A stretch of DNA of 64,000 nt from Alkalispirochaeta sp. GTDB taxonomy: Bacteria; Spirochaetota; Spirochaetia; DSM-27196; Alkalispirochaetaceae. This document shows positions 57,446 to 64,000 of this stretch, in pieces. The first letter of the stretch is position 1; every line of letters starts with the position of its first letter. Both the position numbers and the translations under genes were made by a program. A model generated the notes under the pieces. The model did not search any database, had not been told where the DNA came from, and saw nothing but the letters and a program-made list of their open reading frames with translations. The stretch is from NCBI GenBank assembly GCA_965601925.1, contig OZ271854.1, positions 3,744,001-3,808,000 on the forward strand, given 5' to 3'.

Positions 57446-59301
57446 GCCCTACTCAAAGAAGACCCTTCGTCCGGCCCGGTCGCGCGCTCTTTCTTGTCGG
57501 GGTCATGGCGGTGGTGCTGTTACTCTACATCGTACGCATCTTTCAGATGCAGGTCCTGGACGGATACATCTACCTCAATCGGGCGCGACAGACCGCTCTG
57601 CGCAGTGAGCCGGTGTTTGCCCAGCGGGGACAGATACTCGATCGCGATATGGAGGCGATTCTCGCGACGAATACGAGTTCGTTCGCACTCACTATCGTTC
57701 CCGGAGAGGTTCCTCGGGGAGAGATGGCGACGCTCCTCGGTGATCTGAGTGTGCTTATCGGCCGCGATGAGGCGGTCATGAACGAGCGTTTGCAACGGCT
57801 GCGCGGCGGTAGTTTTCAGGCGGTGGAGATCGTTGACGGACTCTCTCTCGAGGAGCTCACGCTCGTAGCCGAACGCATCGAACATTTTCCCGGCCTCTCT
57901 TGGTACAGCAAACCGGAACGGATTTATCCGACCGGCGAGCTCTTGGGACATCTCATCGGGTATGTAGGAGACATCACGCCGGAGGAGCTGCAGGTGCTCT
58001 TCAACCGAGGGTATACATCCGCGAGTATCCTCGGGAAGGCGGGAATCGAACAACGGTATGATCAGATGCTCCGCGGGAACGACGGTCGACGATTCCGTAC
58101 CGTCGATGCTCGGGGGCGACGAGTCGGAGATGAGGATGAGTTGGTTCCGCCGGAGCAAGGCATGAACCTGGTGCTTACCATAGACCACCAGCTGCAAGCC
58201 CTCGCCCAGGAGTCCCTCGGTCCCCGAATCGGATCGGTGGTCGCGCTGCGACCTCATACCGGCGAGGTGTTGGCGATGGTCAGCTATCCGCGGTTCGATC
58301 CCAACGACTTCATAGGGTTTGATTCACAACGGTCGTTCCGTGCCTTGGCATTGGATCCGCGCTCTCCATTTCTCAATCGCCCGATTCAGTCGGTTGCAGC
58401 TCCGGCATCGACGTTTAAGGTTCTCATGACCACGGCGATCCTCGAGGAGGGTGCATTTCCACCCGATGAGACGATTCAATGCACGGGGCAGTTCTCCTAC
58501 GGTAATCGAGTGTTTAACGATTGGTTGAGTTACGGTCACGGCCCGGTCAATCTGGAGGCGGCGCTGGCGCAGTCATGCAACATTTATTACTGGACGATCG
58601 GCGCCAACCATCTCTCGGTGGACCAAATTATCGATTACGCGTCGCGTCTCGGGTTGGGACGTCCTACCGAGATCGATCTCCCCGGCGAGGTTAGCGGACT
58701 CATTCCGTCTCCCGCCTGGAAAGAGCAAACGTTCAACACTCGCTGGGTCGGTGGCGATACGGTAAATATGTCGATCGGCGAGGGGTTTCTCCAGGTAACG
58801 CCGATGCAGATCGCCAATATGGTCGCCACGATCGCCAACGGTGGTACGGTGTATCGTCCGTATCTTCTGAAGGAGGTACGCGATCCCATCACCGGCGTTG
58901 TGGTGGAGCGTACCGAACCGTATGTGTTGCGGGACTCGTCGATCGGCCACGCAACGCTGCGTGAAGTTCGTCGGGCTATGCGCAGTGCAATTACCGAGGG
59001 AACGGCCAACGTAGTAATAACGACCGACGCCGTCGAGGTTGCCGGCAAAACGGGAACGGGGCAGGTGAGTCGAAGCGACGAGAACTTCACCAGTTGGTTC
59101 GTGGCCTACGCTCCGTACGGCGACGCCGTGCCTCCCGAAGAGATGATCGCCTTGGTCGTGATGGTGGACGCCGCCAACGATTGGGAATGGTGGGCGCCCA
59201 AAGCGGCCAATATTATTCTCCATGGGTATTTCCGCGGACTGAATTTCGAGGACGCAGTCGCCGATCTCCGCCGCGGCCCTCGGCCTCTGTGGTATATGTA
59301 G
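57442..59301 (+). CDS. mrdA: Penicillin-binding protein 2
   Basis: RGQILDR, STFK, SCN, KTG motifs. Confidence 0.95.
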   Translation: MSPTQRRPFVRPGRALFLVGVMAVVLLLYIVRIFQMQVLDGYIYLNRARQTALRSEPVFAQRGQILDRDMEAILATNTSSFALTIVPGEVPRGEMATLLGDLSVLIGRDEAVMNERLQRLRGGSFQAVEIVDGLSLEELTLVAERIEHFPGLSWYSKPERIYPTGELLGHLIGYVGDITPEELQVLFNRGYTSASILGKAGIEQRYDQMLRGNDGRRFRTVDARGRRVGDEDELVPPEQGMNLVLTIDHQLQALAQESLGPRIGSVVALRPHTGEVLAMVSYPRFDPNDFIGFDSQRSFRALALDPRSPFLNRPIQSVAAPASTFKVLMTTAILEEGAFPPDETIQCTGQFSYGNRVFNDWLSYGHGPVNLEAALAQSCNIYYWTIGANHLSVDQIIDYASRLGLGRPTEIDLPGEVSGLIPSPAWKEQTFNTRWVGGDTVNMSIGEGFLQVTPMQIANMVATIANGGTVYRPYLLKEVRDPITGVVVERTEPYVLRDSSIGHATLREVRRAMRSAITEGTANVVITTDAVEVAGKTGTGQVSRSDENFTSWFVAYAPYGDAVPPEEMIALVVMVDAANDWEWWAPKAANIILHGYFRGLNFEDAVADLRRGPRPLWYM

Positions 59302-59311
59302 GGAGGTGCCG

Positions 59312-60625
59312 ATGATCCAGTCACGGTCGGTTTTTGAAATGGATCTCTATATACTTGCCGCCACGATCTCGCTGGTCGTGGTAGGAGTTCTATTCATTTT
59401 TTCCAGCGGCGTTACCGCAACCGGGCAGATCGTAAGTCGCGAATACATACGGCAAATCGCGTGGGCGATAACCGGCCTGGTGCTCATGTTCGTCGTGACA
59501 TTCCTCGACTATCGCCTGTTCAATCGGCTGTCGATCATTCTGTTCGGTACATTGATTTCATTGTTGATCGTCACTGCGCTCTTCGGCCGCGTCGTCAACG
59601 GCGCACGGAGTTGGCTGGGAGTCGGCAGTCTGGGCGGTCAGCCCTCGGAGTTTGCAAAAATCGGGCTCATCATCATGCTCGCCCGTTACTATTCGGAACG
59701 CGATCGCGGAGCGAGTCCGTTGCTCGGTTTTTTAGGCGGTCTCGGCTTAGCGCTAATTCCGACCGCGTTGGTGCTCAGTCAACCGGATCTCGGGACCGCC
59801 TTGGTGTATCTGCCGATCTTTTTGGTGATGGCTTTTGTCGCCGGCATCGACGAGCGCTATATCGGTTTTATCGTCGGTGTGGGAGTTCTTACCGGCATCT
59901 TTACGGTGTTACCGGTCTGGCAGAGCCATTTAGCCGATCGGCACATTCCGTTCATCGCCGTGCTGACGTCGGGCGATACGATGGTGTTCCTACTTAGCGG
60001 ATTGGGCGCGGCGTTTCTCGTGGCGGGAGTCGGGTTATGGATCACGCATCGGCGCCTCTTCTTTTGGATCATGTACGGCCTCGGTATCGTATTTTTATCC
60101 GTGCCTATGGCTTATGCGGCGCGAACGGTGCTTCAAGACTATCAAATCATGCGATTAATCGTTTTCATCGATCCGTACGTCGATCCACGCGGTGCCGGTT
60201 GGAACATCATCCAGTCGGTCACCGCGGTCGGATCCGGTGGACCGTTCGGTAAGGGTTTTTTGGAGGGCACGCAAAGCCATTACCAGTATTTGCCGCAGCA
60301 GAGCACCGACTTCATCTTCTCTATTCTGGCCGAAGAGTGGGGCTTTGTCGGCGTGCTCGTCGTGTTTGTTCTGTTCGGCGTTATCTTCGGCCGTGGAATT
60401 TACATCATGGCTACTGCGAGGGACCGTTTCGCCGCACTCATCGCCGCCGGCGTCGTGGGAATGCTCTTTTTCCACTTCGTCGTAAACGTCGGGATGGCGG
60501 TCGGGATTATGCCTATCACCGGTATACCGCTCTTCTTGCTCTCCTACGGCGGTTCGTCCTTGTGGACGGCGATGGTGGGTATCGGGCTTATCATGAGCGT
60601 CTATCAGCACCGTTATCAGTATTGA
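59312..60625 (+). CDS. rodA: SEDS protein RodA
   Basis: GARSW, QPSEFAK, QPDLGT, TDFIFS..AEEWG, PITGIPL..SYGGSS. Confidence 0.95.
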   Translation: MIQSRSVFEMDLYILAATISLVVVGVLFIFSSGVTATGQIVSREYIRQIAWAITGLVLMFVVTFLDYRLFNRLSIILFGTLISLLIVTALFGRVVNGARSWLGVGSLGGQPSEFAKIGLIIMLARYYSERDRGASPLLGFLGGLGLALIPTALVLSQPDLGTALVYLPIFLVMAFVAGIDERYIGFIVGVGVLTGIFTVLPVWQSHLADRHIPFIAVLTSGDTMVFLLSGLGAAFLVAGVGLWITHRRLFFWIMYGLGIVFLSVPMAYAARTVLQDYQIMRLIVFIDPYVDPRGAGWNIIQSVTAVGSGGPFGKGFLEGTQSHYQYLPQQSTDFIFSILAEEWGFVGVLVVFVLFGVIFGRGIYIMATARDRFAALIAAGVVGMLFFHFVVNVGMAVGIMPITGIPLFLLSYGGSSLWTAMVGIGLIMSVYQHRYQY

Positions 60626-63204
60626 TGCACACATCTCGACCACATATCGTTCCCCACCGCGATCTCTTTCATATTCTCAACCAAGTTGAGCTGCCGGGAC
60701 GCTACGTCGGCGGTGAATACGGACAGACTATAAAAGAGGGCTCGCGCCTTCTGCGTATCGCCCTGAGCTTTCCCGATCTATACGAAATCGGCATGTCCAA
60801 TACGGCGATAAAGTTGTTGTACGGCATGCTCAACGCTCTGCCCGATGTCGCCTGCGAGCGCGTCTTCGTACCGGGGCCCGATTTTGAAGACGCTTTGCGT
60901 GAGAAGCGCGTTCCACTGTACACCTTGGAGACCGGTACGCCCCTCGGCGACGTGCAACTCATCGCCGTTTCCTACGGATATGAGTTGCTAGCAAGTAATC
61001 TTCTCACCCTGCTGACGAGCGCGGGCATACCGGTTCGACGTTCCGAACGGGGGGATCGCGATCCGATTGTAATCGTCGGTGGGCCGGGAGCAACGAATCC
61101 GGCGCCGATTGCACGATTTGTCGACGCATTTTTCATAGGTGAGGCGGAGGCTGCCCTTCCTCCCACGATCGAGCGCCTGAAGAACGCGTATTTGAACGGC
61201 GCCGGGCGCGACGATATGATATCCGAGCTCTCCCGGGAGCCGGCATTCTGGATGCCAACGGCCCGCCGGCCGGCGCGTCGCGCGATTTGGACGGGATTCG
61301 GAAAGGGAGAGAGCCCCGTTGGCGTCGGTGCGACTCCCGGTGTGCCTGCGAGTTTCGGCGCCGGATTTCCCGTGCCGAGCATACCCGTGGTTCAGGATCA
61401 CGGCGTCGTGGAGATCATGCGCGGCTGTCCGCAAGGGTGTCGCTTTTGCCACGCCGGCGTCTACTACCGCCCGTATCGCATGAAGCCGATTCCCCGTATT
61501 ATGGAGGAGCTTTCGTGGATGGTGCGTTGCCAGGGATATCGCGACATATCGCTGAGCTCTCTCAGCTCGGGAGACTACGGGGAACTCATTCCTCTTCTCA
61601 CTCGTGTCAATGCCGAGTATCTATCGCGGGGAATCGGAGTGCAGTTGCCTTCGTTACGGGTCAATTCTCTTACCTTGCCGCTCATGGAAGAACTGTCGCG
61701 CGGGAGACGGTCGGGTCTCACATTTGCCGTAGAGAGCGCGTCGACGATGTCGCAGACGCGTATCAACAAAATGGTACCGCTGGAGCGCACGATCGCTCTG
61801 GCCGGTGAGGCGTATTCTCGCGGGTGGCGGCGAGCCAAGCTGTACTTCATGATCGGGTTGCCGGTCGGATCACACGCCGACGAGGCGACGGCCATAGCCG
61901 ACTATGTAAGGAGTCTTCGCAAAGCCGTGCCGATGGAGTTTGTCGTGAACGTCGGTACGTTCGTCCCCAAGCCGCATACGCCCTTCCAGTGGGAGTCCCA
62001 GATGGCACCCGATGCGGCCCTGAAGGCCTTCGACCTCATCCGAGATCATCTACCTAAAGGCGCGCGGCTTCGCCTTCACGACCCGTGGCTGTCGTGGTTG
62101 GAAAGCATTCTCACCCGCGGTGATGAGGCGATGTCCGAGGTCATCGAGGAAGCGCACGGCGAGGGAGCGCGTCTGTGTGCATGGCAAGACCATGTTCGGC
62201 TCGACACGTGGCGTACGGTCGTGGAGCGCCACGACGGCGCCGAGCGCGGTCTTGGGCCGTTCTCTCTGGACGACCCGCTTCCGTGGGACGGAGTCCAACT
62301 GACTACCTCAAAGCGGGCGCTTCGTCGCGAGCGGGAGCGTGCCGTAGTGGGAGAGCTTACGCCTCACTGTGCGCCCGATTGCACCGACCGGTGCGGGGTC
62401 TGCAATCGTTCGGTCGCGGTTGCCGATCTCTCATCGTCCCGATCCGAAAACAATGCGCACTCACCGGTCGATTATCGCGACAGCGCACATGCGGAAGAAC
62501 AGCGCGAAGACGCGGTGCATCGGGACACGCGGAAACAAGGGCAGGGGAGGCGCTATCAGCTGCTCCTTCGATATACGAAGACCGGTCCGGCGGTGTTCCT
62601 TTCGCACTTGGCCATGGTGCGCACATTCGAACGATTATGGCAGAGACTCGACATACCACTTCGGCTTTCGCAGGGGTTCCATCCCAAGGCTCAAATGAGC
62701 TTCGGGCAGCCGCTTCCCATCGGAGTTGCAAGCGATGATGAGCTTGTCTGTGTAGGTGTACAAAAAAACGTACAACTTGAGACGTTTTGTCACACTGCAT
62801 CGGTGCTATTACCGGCAGGAATGAACGTTTTGGGTGTGGCAATGCTACATCATGAGGATCAAACGCCGCGCATTCCCGCGCCGATGCAGCGTTATGAAGG
62901 ATCGGAGTTCAGTATCCGCGCGGCGGACGGCTACGGAGAAGACGGCGGAGCTGCGATTGTTGAGCGCTTCATCGCGGGAGCCGTTGAGCGCGGCGCCGAG
63001 ATTCTCCCGTGTGCCGACACGGTATCCCGATCGCTGTACCTTCCGCATTCCGCTCCGGGACTGGGTCGACTCTTCAAGGAGGCCGAGGCTCGAGGTATGG
63101 TACGCGCTCGACGTACGCGTATGATCGACCGCGCCGGAGGAGATCTCTTTGACTTTTATGCCTCTCTCGAAAACTGCGTCGATTCTCGGCGCGGAGCCGG
63201 GTGA
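60625..63204 (+). CDS. TIGR03960-like radical SAM protein fused to a DUF2344/TIGR03936-like domain
   Basis: PGRYVGGE, FPDLYEIGMSN, RGCPQGCRFC, KLYFMIGLP, FVPKPHTPFQW; C-terminal YTKTG..FLSHL..SQGFHPK..SFGQPLPIG. Confidence 0.9.
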   Translation: MHTSRPHIVPHRDLFHILNQVELPGRYVGGEYGQTIKEGSRLLRIALSFPDLYEIGMSNTAIKLLYGMLNALPDVACERVFVPGPDFEDALREKRVPLYTLETGTPLGDVQLIAVSYGYELLASNLLTLLTSAGIPVRRSERGDRDPIVIVGGPGATNPAPIARFVDAFFIGEAEAALPPTIERLKNAYLNGAGRDDMISELSREPAFWMPTARRPARRAIWTGFGKGESPVGVGATPGVPASFGAGFPVPSIPVVQDHGVVEIMRGCPQGCRFCHAGVYYRPYRMKPIPRIMEELSWMVRCQGYRDISLSSLSSGDYGELIPLLTRVNAEYLSRGIGVQLPSLRVNSLTLPLMEELSRGRRSGLTFAVESASTMSQTRINKMVPLERTIALAGEAYSRGWRRAKLYFMIGLPVGSHADEATAIADYVRSLRKAVPMEFVVNVGTFVPKPHTPFQWESQMAPDAALKAFDLIRDHLPKGARLRLHDPWLSWLESILTRGDEAMSEVIEEAHGEGARLCAWQDHVRLDTWRTVVERHDGAERGLGPFSLDDPLPWDGVQLTTSKRALRRERERAVVGELTPHCAPDCTDRCGVCNRSVAVADLSSSRSENNAHSPVDYRDSAHAEEQREDAVHRDTRKQGQGRRYQLLLRYTKTGPAVFLSHLAMVRTFERLWQRLDIPLRLSQGFHPKAQMSFGQPLPIGVASDDELVCVGVQKNVQLETFCHTASVLLPAGMNVLGVAMLHHEDQTPRIPAPMQRYEGSEFSIRAADGYGEDGGAAIVERFIAGAVERGAEILPCADTVSRSLYLPHSAPGLGRLFKEAEARGMVRARRTRMIDRAGGDLFDFYASLENCVDSRRGAG

Positions 63205-63998
63205 GATGCATCCTTGGCCTCGTTCCAGAGTGCATCGAGTTCCGTAAGCGACATGTTCTGGAGCGGTATGTTGCGGGAGCAAGCCGCTTCCTCAATGTAT
63301 CGAAAGCGTGACATAAACTTTCTATTCGTGCGCTCCAGGGCTAGGGACGGATCGCTTTTTAGGTGACGCGAGAGGTTGACGACCGAAAAGAGGATGTCGC
63401 CCAGTTCTTCCTCGATTTTCGGGTTGTCCTTGATCCGCTCTTCGGACTCGGCGGCGGCGCGAAGTGCCTCGCGTAGTTCTTCGATCTCTTCGGTTATCTT
63501 GAGAAACACCGAGTCTATCTCCGGCCAGTCGAATCCGACCTTGGCGGCCTTCTTTTGCATCGCATAGGCGCGCTCAAGGGGTGGGAGGCCGCCGCCGGCC
63601 TCCACGATAGAGGGTGTCTTTCCTTCCTGGTCCTGCTTGATGCGGTGCCAGTTGGCGACGACTTCGTGTTCATCTTCGACCTGGACGGAGTCAAAGACGT
63701 GGGGATGGCGCCGCACCAGTTTCCGGCCGTTCTCCAAAAGGATGTCGGAGAACGAAATCCCGGACTCGGCCTCGAGGGCGTCGGCGAGAAGGAGTGTAAT
63801 TAAAACGACGTCGCCGAGCTCCTCCGTCACATCGGAGTACGCGTCTCGGTGAGTAGGAGCGTCATGTAACTCATTCAATGCCGCGAGCGTTTCGAAACTC
63901 TCTTCGATGAGATAGCGTCTCAAGGAATGAAGAGTTTGCTTGCGATCCCACGGGCAGCCGTCGGGGGCGCGTAGTCGTCTGATAATTGCCGCGTATCG
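63156..63998 (-). CDS. mazG: Nucleoside triphosphate pyrophosphohydrolase MazG (5' end beyond the window)
   Basis: LRAPDGCPWDRKQT, EELGD twice, RRHPHVF, GFDW. Confidence 0.95.
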   Translation of the reverse strand, partial: RYAAIIRRLRAPDGCPWDRKQTLHSLRRYLIEESFETLAALNELHDAPTHRDAYSDVTEELGDVVLITLLLADALEAESGISFSDILLENGRKLVRRHPHVFDSVQVEDEHEVVANWHRIKQDQEGKTPSIVEAGGGLPPLERAYAMQKKAAKVGFDWPEIDSVFLKITEEIEELREALRAAAESEERIKDNPKIEEELGDILFSVVNLSRHLKSDPSLALERTNRKFMSRFRYIEEAACSRNIPLQNMSLTELDALWNEAKDASHPAPRRESTQFSREA

Positions 63999-64000
63999 TT

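Noticed and set aside
1..64000. CRISPR array, rRNA, prophage or recognisable anti-phage defence genes
   Set aside because: No regularly spaced repeats, rRNA-like sequence, or phage/defence motifs were found by eye. The mazG here is the housekeeping two-domain type.

Overview
High-GC bacterial chromosome segment, most likely a Spirochaetota member. This is inferred from the dnaG-rpoD-Zn-ribbon-rnpB-TPR-mreBCD-mrdA-rodA order, as in Treponema. The left ~33 kb is accessory DNA. Bases 1-9.5 kb hold a tightly coupled RiPP-like biosynthetic cluster that runs off the left edge: radical SAM/SPASM, an unknown protein, an S24/S26 peptidase, a UPF0489 peptide-arginase-like protein, two ABC exporters, a YcaO lacking the C-terminal PxP motif, and a class I methyltransferase. 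No precursor peptide is visible. Next come a frameshifted IS91/ISCR-like transposase and an IS481 remnant, then a Fur/Zur-linked metal-homeostasis module (FAD oxidoreductase, COG0523 GTPase, FeoB-like protein). Several small regulator/enzyme cassettes follow, including an ECF41 sigma factor with two face-to-face consensus promoters shared with a DrrC-like class II UvrA, and a permuted-papain lipoprotein. A self-contained mannitol-family PTS operon occupies 33.7-41.9 kb. The right part is core genome: tRNA-Tyr, a large Ig-repeat/OmpA protein, dnaG, rpoD, RNase P RNA, mre/rod genes, a TIGR03960-like radical SAM fusion and partial mazG. The best candidate for an undescribed system is the rSAM + arginase + YcaO + methyltransferase cluster. 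All calls come from motif recognition by eye; no database searches were run.
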